This document shows, piece by piece, positions 25,791 through 38,060 of a DNA stretch of 64,000 nt. Under the pieces are notes generated by a model. The model was not told the origin of the DNA, did no database searches, and worked only from the letters and a program-made list of their open reading frames with translations. The position numbers and the translations under genes are program-made. This DNA comes from Camelus dromedarius (Eukaryota): assembly GCF_036321535.1 (NCBI RefSeq), contig NC_087437.1:61506001-61570000 (forward strand). Direction: 5' to 3'. The first letter of the stretch is position 1. The number at the start of each line of letters is the position of its first letter.

Positions 25791-27192
25791 CACATTAAAT
25801 AAATAACTAACCCAGGTAGATGGGGAGGAAATTTGAACTTGAATTTCCAACCCAATCTCTCACACATGAACTGGTAGAGGAAAATAAATAATCCTAAAAT
25901 TTGCTTAGAATTTATATGGGACCTTTTACATGACACAGTTCACAGACATCTGGAGGAAGAATAAATAGCCAAATATACACAAGCAGAAACTGAAATATGG
26001 AAAAGGGAAGTAAGATGTTCAGTTTCACTGAGCACATCACTCACAGATCTCGGCAGGAACCCCAAGGTCCTGTCAGCCCAGGATTTGTAAAGTAAGCCAC
26101 AGACTAACTGTGCACATAAAAGAGGAGTCACTCTTTACAACAGCCAGGTCTTTACCCAGGTACAACACCTCATTAATTTTCCCCTATTGATAGTTTCTCA
26201 GAGGTAAATATTCTACCTCCAGTCTTTGAATCTTGCTGCTCCTGCGACTATAACTATATCTGAATTTTTAAAAAGTCAATAAAGACTTCCTTAAGCCACA
26301 TTCCTGCTCTACCCTTTCCATTCTAGATTCTTAAGCATTTAAGACCAGAGTTATTTATGAAGCAAACCCTACATATGGGAAGCAACTCTACAGAGTCCAA
26401 GCCACCATTTGGCCAAAGTAGTTTTTAAAATCTTAAATTTTCTAATTTCTTTAAGATGTGAACTCGAAGACAACAGTTCCATATAAATAAACGGGAAATT
26501 CCTTAGCTGCATTGTGGGGGAAAGCTGAAGCGTTTGAAGGTGAAAAAGAAAAGACAGAGGTCCTGCTACTCTCTGACCGGGATCCGGCATTGACAAAGGG
26601 CAAGCATGCAATTTCCAGTCTCATTAGCAAGTCCCCACCCCCATTCCACTACCATTACAATCGCCCACTTTCATCCAGAGGCCCTCCTTCAAGCCTCCTT
26701 CCTCACATTCATCTTGCCTAAGTTTCTCTCTAGGCCACTCGTAATGCCTAACCTTTGCTCCCAGAAATCGTCACTTCAACCTTGTTAATAATGGCCTGGC
26801 TTGCTGTCATCGCAAGTTTCAGTCGGGGCACCAACCTTGTCCCTTACTCCCATTTATAGACTCTGGCCTATGAAATCTCACTACAGCACCTCTCAATATC
26901 CACCTCCTCTCCAGCAGCCCTGGGTCTGAGCTTCACCCACTTCTGCTCCCCTGCCCTGAACATATCCTTATCCCTCCCCCTCTACCCTCACTGAGCTTGT
27001 TCCCTCGTCCGTCCTATCCACGCCCTGCCCGTCACTCCTTTCAGAATTTCTTCCTAAACAAGTCGCCCACAACAGTCTCCCTCATGTCTGTCGCATCCAG
27101 CACGTCTCCCCGTGCTCTCCGAGCCCTTCTAAGCCTCCCTTTGCTTCAGCGCATCCATCCGCCAGCGACTCCCCTGGCCTTTCCCAGCCCAC

Positions 27193-27257
27193 CTGCTCTC
27201 CTCCGGCAAGCCCTCCTCGCAGCCGCCAAGCTCCATTCTCGCGCCCTCTGGCCGCAT
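27193..27257 (-). CDS. RUBCN: Rubicon coding exon 1 (MRPEGARMELGGCEEGLPEES-R)
   Basis: ATG at 27257; peptide matches the recalled human N-terminus [22 protein letters not shown]; donor AG|GTGGG at 27192; 65 nt, phase 2. Confidence 0.95.
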
Positions 27258-27463
27258 CCGGGGCTGCGACGTCGCCTCTTCTCTGAAGAGAGAAGCGTCC
27301 CTGCCGCTTCGCCCCTCAGGACTCCTTGAGCCCCTTGGGAGCGGAGGAGGCACCCCCGCCGGTGGGCGCAGGGTGATGCACTACAGCCGGGTGATGGCAG
27401 CGGCAGTGACTGCTGCCTCAGCTGCGGTTTCTATCCCTGCCACCCACACTTCCGGCTCTAAGA

Positions 27464-27482
27464 ACTACAACTCCCAGCAAGC
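27464..27482 (+). promoter_or_regulatory. ZNF143/THAP11-associated SBS2 motif
   Basis: ACTACAACTCCCAGCAAGC matches the well-known ACTACAnnTCCCAGnATGC promoter motif. Confidence 0.8.
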
Positions 27483-30479
27483 ACTTCGAAGGCCCGGCAT
27501 GCAACGCCCTATCCAATCAGAGGCTGCGCTCGCGGCGGACTTCAGACCCAGTCTGCGAGCTTTCCGTCGTGCGCCCCGCTGGGTACCAGGTCTGAAACGC
27601 CCACTAACGCTGGTCTCCGGAGGCCGGAGGCCGGAGTCTTAACGCACTGTTGTTAACTCTTCATCCTTGGGACCCAACTTGGTCGGAGGGCTAGACTAGA
27701 AAATAATGCTGGTCTTAATCCAAGTTCGGTTAACTCCACTTCGGCCTACCCTGGTTTAACACTTGGTGGTGGTGTTTGAGGACCTCAAATATGTTAATGA
27801 AGCGCTCAGTCAGAAGGGTTCAGGTTGCTTTGGGATCACAAAGGAAGAGCAGGAGGAAAAGGCTTTCCTGGAGGACTGATGTCAGAGCGGAGTTTTTAAG
27901 GATGAGTATGATTTAGCCAGGAGAAGAAAGGAAGAGAAGGTGGAGAGAGCCGCACAGACATGAGGAAGTATGCTGGTTTGGGAACTGATGGTTCTGTGTA
28001 GTAATCAGAGCTGGGAAGAGGTGAGGAACACTATGGTGTGGGTGAGCAGACAAACCAGATCATGAAGCCATTCTAAGGAGTTTGGATTTTTGTTCTGAGA
28101 ACACTTAGGAGCAAATCATGGAAATGCAAATTAAGAAGTGATTTGATCAAGCCTGCTTAGAAAGCTACTTTTGACAACGTAGAGAGGGAATGCGATATGT
28201 TGGAGATAAGGGCAGAAGAATGGATATGAGAAGTTGGAAGTCCCTATAGTAGCCAAGCAAGTAATGTCAATGAGTGAAGTGAGCAAGTTGTTGGAGAATG
28301 GTACTCTCTGAACTGGAACCCCCATGACTCAACCAAGAAGGAAAAGTCTCACCTTAGCTATAATTGAATGTTGCTAAATGGGCATATGGGCCTAGAGTTG
28401 TCAAATACCCTGATTTTTCAGTGAAGCTGAAATCTGCATTTTTAAGTACAATTTCCAAATTTTTAAAAATTGGCAAGAGATTTTTTTTAATGTAAATATT
28501 ACACGCCCCCCCCCCCGTCAAAAAAAAAAACAAACCACAAATCTGTAGGCTAAATGTGGCTTTTGGGTTACTAGTTTGCAAGTTCAGGCCTAAACGAGGG
28601 CATTGGCTGTATGGAACAAGGAGGCTGGGCTTAGAGCCACAGTAAGGCAATAGACTCAGCACTACTCTGTGAGGGAGGGGTATAGGCTAACTCCATAAAA
28701 GCTAGGTACTCCATTAAAAATAATACGACTTATAGGAATTTTCAAACTTAAGAAAACTTTTTTGTGAATTAAAAGTGAAACGAAAGAGAATTTTAATGTA
28801 AATTATGAGTTCCAATTTCCATTTATATAAAAAATACTCCTTATTCAAACTTTTTCATATTTTCCAACTACAGGGTTATACTTTTTAAGAAAGGGGCAGT
28901 ATTAGTCATTGGAATTTCAGTACCATCTGTTTCTACAAATGTATGAACTTCATTTTTTGGCATGTACATTATAATCCCAAATTAATGCCACATGATTTTA
29001 CATTTACTTACATGAAAGTCAATCAGCTTTATCAGGAAGTTCTAGAACTAAAATTGTAGTAAAAGTTCTAGAAAACAGGAATTTCTCCATCTATCCAAGA
29101 CTGGGTTTACACTTATTTTCTTTAAAGCAGTCAGTTAATAAATATGACAATAACTTACACTATGTGCCCAGCCCCCATCCCATCCCATCCCTCTGCTTTC
29201 CCTTACCCTGAATCCCTTGTTTATAATTCCACTGCTTTTCTTTTTATATAGTTCCTTTGCATGTATCCATATTCCTAAAAATTATGTTTAAGAAGTTTTT
29301 GTGTTTTACTTTTATAAAAAGGATATTAAGCTGTATTTATTCTTTGGGGCCCTTTTTTTTTTAACTTAGTATTACATTGATAATATTTATTTATATTGTT
29401 GTGTGTCACTATAGCTCATTGATTTTGATTGCTTATAGTAGTTCATTGTGTGAACGGACCAGTTTATTCATGCTGTCTTCCATTGATAGGCATTTGGGTT
29501 GTTTCCAGGTTTTTGCTATTGTAAACTGCTTCTATGAATATTCTTTTACGTGTCACCTCTCGTATATGAGCAATAGTTTCTCTTGGGTACATGTCTAGAA
29601 GTGGAAGTCATAGGTTCATTGTCCATTCTAGCTTTTGTTTTGAGTGATGGGTCTGTAGGAATGCAATTTTAAAAGTAACTAATTAGTTATGAAGCCATAA
29701 CTAATTATTGTTATTTAAAATAATTAATCAACAAAAATGGGCCATGCATGGAAAATGATGAGAGTATGTCATGAACCAAGGATTATGATTAACCCAGTTT
29801 TGTGCATCTGGGATCCAAATGCAAAAAGTTATCAAATATGCAAAAATATCTAGCATCAGGGTTCAATAAATGTAATGGTCACATAAATGTAATGACCTTA
29901 CTTAGCAATGCTTGCTGAATTAATTTTTTAATAGTCAAAAAAACATGAAGAACTTTATTGATCTTTGATCAATCTATTTGTTTTCAAGATCACTAGGATG
30001 CAATTTTTATACAAATAGTAGTTGGTCCTAGAGTACCACTGGCAGTAAGCAAATTTCACTTAAGAATCACTTATTCAAATAACAGATTTTTAAAGCTCAT
30101 TATACTTACCTACTTGCCAAAAATTTAGTTTTAAGAATACTCTTCTTGAATACGTTCAACAATATCAACTATAGTCATGAATATTTTCTCTTTATTATAT
30201 TTACTAAAAGTATTCTCAGCAGCATTTTTAAAAATACACTTTAAAAGCTAAGAGGTGTTTCCCACTAGCCAAGTCAAAAGAAATTTGAGCATCAAAATGA
30301 GTTAATTCATGATATATATATACATAACTACATTCTTTTCAAAGGTAAACAAACGCTTACACTCTGCACCCCTTTGCTTTTCAGAAGGGAATTTCTGAAC
30401 ACAAAATAAGTCTGTGAATTTCTATGGAAACTTATACGTGTATATAAATAAGTTTGCAAATAAATAAATAAATAGAAAA

Positions 30480-31265
30480 AGGAAGGAAGAAAGGAGGCAG
30501 GGAAGTAAAGCTCTTTTCATAGTAGAATGTCAACTAATGAATGTAGAGTAATGGTAGAGTTAGAAAATCACTATGTAGCCATCATAGTAATAATTGATTC
30601 AGGCAAGAATCATCAATGGATGCTAAAGCCATTAGTGAAATTTGTTCTGAAACAGGATATTTACACAGACTCAAACCATTTCCTCTCAGATAACTCATTC
30701 ATTTTATATAGGGAAAAAGGTATCTTTACAATGAAGAAACCTGGCAGACATCACCTTAACCAAGTGATCAAAGTTAAGATCACCAATAAGACAATTTGAC
30801 ATCATGTCCCTCCTGATGTTAAGGATTGAGAAGAACTCAACATCACTTATGTAGTATTCTCAACAAAAATGAATGCCTTGATCTAATCATAGGCTGAGAA
30901 TAAGACAAAACCAAATTGAAGGACAACCTATACAACAACTGCCTTCAATCTTCAAAAATGTAAATATCAAAAAAGACTAAGAAAGGCTGACAAACTTTTT
31001 CAGATGAAAGGATACAAAAGACACAGGACAAAGAAATGCAGCAGGTGAAGCTGGATTGGATCCCAGATTGAAAAAAAAATTATAAAGTATAATTATTTAT
31101 TAGAATAATTGGCAAATTTTGAATATGGACTATACATCAGAGAATAGAATTGCATCAGTGTTAAATGTCCTGAATTTGATCATTTTAGCATGGTTATATA
31201 CAAGAAGATCCTTAGATACAGACTTTATAGAGTCATGATATTTGCAACTTACTCTCAGATTGTCT
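30480..31265 (+). mobile_element. L1MC-type 3'UTR fragment
   Basis: GAAACCTGGCAGACATCACCTTAACCAAGTGATCAAAGTTAA hallmark of the L1MC 3' end. Confidence 0.7.
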
Positions 31266-32094
31266 AATAGCACACCAAGCCTTGAATCCTGGCTCTCCAG
31301 AGCCTTCCTAGACTACCATCTATCTTTTACAAATTGAGGGAATTGAAGATACATCTTTTTAAAGAAACAGTTTTTACATAACTAGGGGGAAATTGTGTGA
31401 TTTATGTAAATTTGTGTAGCTTTAGAAAATTCCACAATTAGTCATTCAGGGAATTACCCTAGAACCCTTGGTTGACAGGACCCCTGCCCTGCCCAGAGAA
31501 GACAAGGCCAAATAAAGAGTGGGCTAGAGGTCGAGGAAGAATTCCCCTTCAATTTCCCCTGTTGATCCAAGCAGGTTACCTAGTTAGAGAAAACTGATAG
31601 TCAGGGAATTAGAGACTAGTAATGCCTCCAGCAATGCCTGCAATTCTGCCTGTCGTGTTCTCAGCTGTATCACAGTACTGCGTAGCACAGTGTCTTGCCC
31701 AGGGCAGGGACTCAAACTCTGAATAAATGAATGAATGAACCCTGATATTAAAAGGCAGAAGACTAGAACAGCTAGAAACATTTAGAACAAAAGAAAAGTG
31801 CAGTACAAAAGAGAAAGAGGAAGCTGTAGCAAAGTGGCAAAGAAAAGCTACTGCAGTAGAAAACAGTGGCAAAAGGGGTAATGAGAAGAATTGAGCAGAA
31901 AAGTGAAGAAAAACTGTACTTTACATACAAGTAGCTTAAGGGAGTTAGGTATAATAATAATAATTACACCTAACTGATACATACTATATGTACATATAAT
32001 ACAAATTATACCTAGCTCCCTTATTATTCCAGTATAAGACAAATTACATCAACATATGAATTCTAAAAATACTCATCTGAAAAGCAAAAGAGTT

Positions 32095-32900
32095 GATAAA
32101 GACAAAAATATTACAAGAAAAGGAAATTACACACCAATATCACTCATGAAAAAAGAAATAATACTCTTGACAAAATATTAGCAATCCAAATTCAACAATA
32201 TGTGAAAAGGATAATACACCATGACCAAGTAGGTTTATCCTAGAAATGCAAGGGTGGTTCAACATTTGAAAATCAGCCAATATAATTTATCATATTAATA
32301 AATTAAAAAATAACCATTTGGTCATCTCATATGCAGGAAAAGCATTAGATAAAATTCAGCCTTCATGCATAACTAAAACTCTCAGCAAATCAGGAGTAGA
32401 AGGGAACTTCCTCAACCTGATAAGGGCATCTACAAAAAAAAAAAAATCTAACATCATACTTAAGAGTGAAAGACTAAATGTTTTCTCCCTGGGGGTTGGG
32501 AATGAGGCAAAGATGTCCACTTTCACCATTCCTATTAAACATGGTACTAGAGCCCCAGTCAGTGCAGTAAGGCAAGGAAAAATAATAGAAGGTATACAGA
32601 CTGGAAACAATTATGCTAAGTGAAATATTCCAGATAAAAAAGAGCATATATTATATTATTCCATTTAAATTCTAAAAAATGCAAATTAATCTATAGTGAC
32701 AGAAAACATATCTGTGGTTGCTTGGGCAGTGGTTAGTGGGAGGAATTAGAAAGGAGCACAGGAAAACTTCAGGTGATAATGGATATATTTATTATGCTGA
32801 TTATGGTATTTTTGCAGATATATATTTCACACCTGTATAAACTGCACACTTTAAATGTCTTTTATTGTATGTCAATTATACCTCAATAAAGTTGAAAAAG
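32095..32900 (+). mobile_element. L1 fragment (RT region joined to 3'UTR)
   Basis: HHDQVG..MQGWFNI and KALDKIQ; ends CTCAATAAAG. Confidence 0.8.
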
Positions 32901-33030
32901 GGGGACTTAAAAGAGATTACAAACTAATAAAAAAAAGTTAAGAGGTGAAATATATGAGTTGTGCTTACCTTTGAAGAGAATGTTGCTCTCTATGCACAGT
33001 ATGAAACATGTTAATAGAAAAGTATATTGT

Positions 33031-33286
33031 TAAGGTTGCCAGATTTAGCAAATAAAATAAAAGACTCCCAGTTAAGTTTTAATTTCAAATGAACAACAAA
33101 TAATTGTTTAGTATAAATACATCCTAAATATTACATGCAGTGTTCTATGGTAAAAAAAAAACAAAAACAAAAACAAAAAAAAAACGCTGTTTGTCTGAAA
33201 CCTGGGATAAAACTTATACTAAACAATTGTTCATTGTTTACCTGAAATTCAAATTTAGCTGGTCCTGTATTTATCTGGCAATCCTA
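33031..33286. mobile_element. MER53-like palindromic MITE with central A-rich insert
   Basis: Terminal inverted repeats AAGGTTGCCAGAT / ATCTGGCAATCCT and long imperfectly complementary arms. Confidence 0.78.
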
Positions 33287-35099
33287 GACATTGTCTTATC
33301 TACACTGTATGAAATCAAGCCTCTAGAAGGTGCAGTTGCTTGAATTCTATGTTTATTTTCACTTAGATGAAGCTGCTGAACAGAAGACAAGGGCTGTATG
33401 TTCAGTGTCCAGCACAGTGACTTATTCACAGTACATGCTCCGAAAATGTTTTTCTGCTTTGCAAGCTATGTGAAGACAGGGACAGCATCCAGTCTGCTCA
33501 CCATTTTATCCCCAGGGCCCATTACAATGCCTGGTGCTCAATGAATATATGATTAAATGAATAGCTGCCTCTTGTGCCCCAGAAAATTGCAGGGTTGACC
33601 TTCTAGCCCTGTAGCTGGTTGGTCAACTTCTTGGACAAGCCCCAGTTCTGATTTCTTGGCTTGTTTCCCTCTTCACTTTTGCTGTATGTGTCTCAAGTTG
33701 CTGTTTTGTTTTGTATTGTTTTGTGTGTGGCTGACCTATCCTTACCTACAATGCCTCTTGTTCTCTTGTTTTTCCCTTTGGAATCTGGGTGACTGCTCTG
33801 AGACTCTGAGACCCTCAGTCCTTGGAGAAATCTCAAAGTCTGAAACACAACAGCTAGAATTGCTTCACGAAACACTGGGGCATGTTCCCTTTAGAGCTAA
33901 GGAGAGTTGGTATGGGGCTTCAATCCTTCAACCAGGATAAAAGGGAATTTTTCTATATTGGTGTGGGGAGGGTTTTATACATTAGGGATTTTTGTTATCT
34001 GTCTTATACTGCCTGAGTAAAAAATGTATCCACACTCTAAATGCATAAATTTTCTTTCTAAAATTGAGAACTTAATTTAATGTTCCTCCCTGTAGTTTGC
34101 TCCCATACATAAGTAGAGATTGTAGAAGGTATTTCTAGTGAGGGAAGGACAGTGTGGAGAAAAATGTCTTGTGCTTAGATTTTAGAACTGTAAGGAATCT
34201 TAGAAATAAATATAACATATATTTAGTATAACTACTTTTGTTTTGAAAATGAGTATGAAGCCCAGATACTCTCCCAAGTTCACAAGGTGAATGACTGATG
34301 TGAGTGAAAGTTACCATTCAATGAAACTTAGGTGTTTCTAGTACTTCTGTAAAATCCAGTTCCCTAGTTCATAGCAGTCAGGAGAGCAGTGGGAGCTGCA
34401 GGATGAAACAGTAATAAAATCAAGCACATTGTGCTAAGAGCATACATGCTACTTTCCTTGACATGCTGAATATTGTTTTTGGGTCTTTTTGAGTCCAATC
34501 CTTCTTCCATCATTTAAATTTCTTATACCCTTTCATAAGAATATCTTCAGCTTTTTGACTCTTCTCATATGGTTGTATTTTTGTCTTGGAAAAAAATTTA
34601 CAGGCTACTGTGGATTTGAAATACTTTAGGTCACTGATTTGTTTCTATATAAAAAGAAATTTTGAAGAGCGGAGATTTCTAAATGAACAGAATACCTGTC
34701 CCTGAGTGTTTCCTTAGATGCAAATGTCTTAGTTTAAGCTGCTATGAGGATGATATAATCTAAATGCCTCCATACCAGCACTGTTACTTTGGAGGAGGGG
34801 AAGAAGGTAAGAAGAGTGGGGATATTATGTTTTGTAAATAGGAAAAAAAAGTTATTATGCAGGAATTTATCAAATACTAAGGAATTTTCTTATAGGGATG
34901 ATTAGAAAGAAAACGAATCTTCCTATCAATTCCCAACGCAAATGAATAGAGAAAAATGCAGCCAAATAAGCAGAGGTACTTACCCTTCTCCCAAGGGAAG
35001 ACGAGGTCTTATCAAGATAGCTAGTATCGCGCAAAATGTTTTGAGAGTGTCGGCTGAGAATTGGTAGAGACACGGGAAACATTAGCATTTACTTTTATT

Positions 35100-36400
35100 A
35101 GTAAGGTGACGCAAGAATTGTCAGTGCAGTCTTTGCTTTGCGTCCAGACGTGGCGACTCCGCATGCTGCAGGTGGAGGGGCTGGCCAGGGAGAGGGGAGC
35201 TGGGGCACAGTTCTGCAATCCACGGTCGCAGGGGCTGTCTTGCCTCCGAGGCTGCATTGCAGTAGGGTATGGAAGACTCGTGTGTATCAAAGCTCAGGGG
35301 GCCTTTCTGTAGCAGGAGGGACTCGAAGGGCACGGAGGAACATGATCTCATTTAAAGCATGTGATTTTAAGGTGCTCAAGGGCCAGTACAATTTGGGTGA
35401 AAAGGCGAACTGCTAAAACAGCAGCCCTCGCTAGCGGCTGGGGCGACAGGTGCAATGTTTCCTCCGATTCCGCAAGGGCCGCTAGGAGCGAGTCCCGTGC
35501 GTGAGGCCCCTCTCTCCCGCCGCTCGTCTCTGTGGTTCCTCCCCCTCCCTCAGCCGTGGGTGGGAGGGCGAGGACGCCGCCAGTACGCGTGCGCGCTCTG
35601 TAGGTGCAGCTAGTCTGCGTGCGTGAGTGGGAGGTGGCAGGCCTGTCTCCGGCCTTCTCCGCTGACTGTTCCAGCGCGTCTCCAGTCATGAGCCGGTTTG
35701 GTACGCGGTTAATGGGAGTCACGGCGACCCCGCCGCCGCCACCGAAAGCTCGCAGTAACGAAAACCTCGACAAGATTGATATGTCTTTGGGTGAGGCGCC
35801 GAGTCGGACAGGGTTGGAGTCGGGGGAGGTGTGGGTGGAACCAAGTACCGCGGTTTGTGGGGGTAGGGGCGGTTGGCCGCAGTTGTCGATCGAGTTTTCT
35901 TGCGGGTGGGCGGAACCAAGAGAGGGCCGGTGGGGACAGGGCAGCGCTATCGGTGTCGCGGTCGACCCTGAGGGCCCGGGGCGTCCCCTCCGCCGGGCTG
36001 TGTCTGAGGCGGGCGGGTGGGGGCACTTCGGGCCCGGAGGTTGGGAGGGTCGAAGGGTGCGGACCCTCTTTCCCCTTAGAGGGGCGCTACCACTCGCGGG
36101 TGACCCCGGCTCTTTGTGAGGAACACTCGGAGGGTTTCGTCTCCAGCGTGTGCGCTGTGGGCGTTATCAGGGAAGTGAGGGCAAGGATCCGAGGAGCGAC
36201 CCTTTCTGAGGAAAGCTCTTCCGGAGCCCGGCTGGGGCTGCGTTCGATTGGATCTGGGGTTCCAGGAAGGGCCGGTTGGGCATTTTGTCCGCCCGGGCCT
36301 ACGTCTGGCCCCGTGCGGGCAGCGTAAAGACGCCCCAGGAGTTGGCGTTTTCTGACGGGCTCTTGACAGAAAGAAAAGATCGTTAGGAAGGATTTCATCG
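35100..36400. promoter_or_regulatory. CpG island / FYTTD1 promoter
   Basis: CpG-dense, spans exon 1; GC boxes and NRF1-like ACGCGTGCGCGC near 35585. Confidence 0.85.
35688..35790 (+). CDS. FYTTD1: FYTTD1/UIF coding exon 1 (MSRFGTRLMG...LDKIDMSL)
   Basis: ATG at 35688; DKIDMSL begins the REF/ALY-like UAP56-binding motif; G|GTGAGG donor; 103 nt. Confidence 0.96.
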
Positions 36401-38060
36401 GATGTTGTTGTGTTAGGCTGTGCTTGGGTAGAAGCCCATTCTTCTCACCTAAGCCTCCGAGTTAGCAAGTTGGAAAAAAAAAACGAAGCGAAAACCAGAG
36501 GCGAGACTTGCATAGGTTGACGGGAGAGCCAGGTAAAGCATGGGGACTGGAAGAGTGAGGTGGTTTTGGTGATGATTAGGAAGAGGAGGTTTGGTGAAAA
36601 ATCCGGACCTAACACTACTGAGGCACTAGTTTCTGTGTTTGACGTGGTTGGTTTAAAAGTAATTGCACTTCTGTCAGGGTTCAGGTTATGGTATTAGATG
36701 TGGTTAGCTCTGCCTGCTCCTCCTGTGGCCTACAGTTTTTCGGGTATTTGAAAAGTACCTGACTAGTGAATACAGACGTGTAACTTTTCCGGGGACGGTA
36801 TTTTTCTCTTTTGTTGTGATTCTTCTGTAGTTTTTAGCCAGAAGTCGAGAACTCTTGGTCTCCATAATTACCACAATTTGGAACCCAATGTATGAATTAA
36901 GCAAATCATCCGAAATCATAGGTTTGATTTCAAGTCTTACCTTGTGGCTCGTCAGTACTGACCTCTAAAGAAATGAGAAATCTTTAAACTAAGACCAAGA
37001 AAAAAATATAATAACAAATGTTTGTTGAGTGCTTATTACATGCCAGGCACTGGGCTAAGTATTTTATATGTGTTAAGTTATCTTTATAATAACCCTGTGT
37101 GGTATGTACTCCAAATGATAAAGAGCATGGAATTCAGAAGCTCCCACTCAGTTCAAATCCTACCTTTGCCACTTATTAGCCTTGTGATCTTGGGCAGATT
37201 ACTTTTCAGTGCCTCATCTGTAAGAAGGTGTTGGTAATAATAGTGCTCCTTTACCTCAGACGGTTGGTCTAAGTATTAAATGAATCAATAGATGTATGTA
37301 ATCTGCTTAGAATCGTACACAGTACTGTATTTACATATATTCACACACAGCATATAAGCCGTTGTTATTCCCATTTTACAAAACCTGAGGTGTAGAGAAA
37401 TTAAATAACTTGCCCGAAGTCATACAAGTAAGTGATGGAGTCAGAATTTCAGTCTGGCTCTAGAGCACCAAGCTACAGATGTTGTAGGAAGTGTTAGACA
37501 TGTATTTTCATAACCAATACATTTCTTATTTCTAGGATTTTTGTTGTATTTATGTGTGGTGATGAGGATGTTCAGGTGAAGAAAACAGAGATAATTCTGT
37601 TTGAAGGTAGAAGTGAAGTGCAGTGGGTAGCTGGAATAGAGTTTGGTCTCTTCCCTTAGAACATACAGCATTCTGTCAGGTGTCTTTTTTTTTTTAAGTG
37701 AGAATTTTACAGATGTATGAAGAGACATCTATTTTAGATAAGAATGATGCTTTGTAAATACTCCATTTTATCAGGTCTTTAGAGGTTTTAGAATCTAATT
37801 TTTTTGTTTTGTTTTGAATCATGACTATCAGGTTTTATGAATATTCATATAGAATTATCTATCAAGGTTAGCAATAGCTGGTCACAGTGTAGCTCAGTTT
37901 CTCAATTGAAAATGGGTGTTATAATATTTATTTCATAGACTTTTTGTGAGAATTGGATGAATACCGGTTTTCAGAACAATCCTGTTAGTTACTACTGTTA
38001 TTATTATCATGTATATACCCCTGTTTTTTATAAAAGTAGCTCATCATAATGGATTTTTTT

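Larger units (their letters stand above)
27000..27690. promoter_or_regulatory. CpG island / RUBCN promoter
   Basis: CpG-dense stretch over exon 1 containing ETS (CACTTCCGG 27447-27455), ZNF143-type (27464-27482) and CCAAT (27513-27517) motifs. Confidence 0.85.

Noticed and set aside
34400..34590. Lys-rich minus-strand reading that looked coding-like
   Set aside because: Contains a stop codon and has no recognisable homology.
35604..35687. 28-codon in-frame GTG extension of FYTTD1
   Set aside because: Directly follows a TAG in poor context and may lie at or upstream of the TSS; no supporting evidence.
35021..36398. Many overlapping 70-180 aa ORFs on both strands
   Set aside because: Expected in a GC-rich CpG island; only 35688-35790 matches a known protein.
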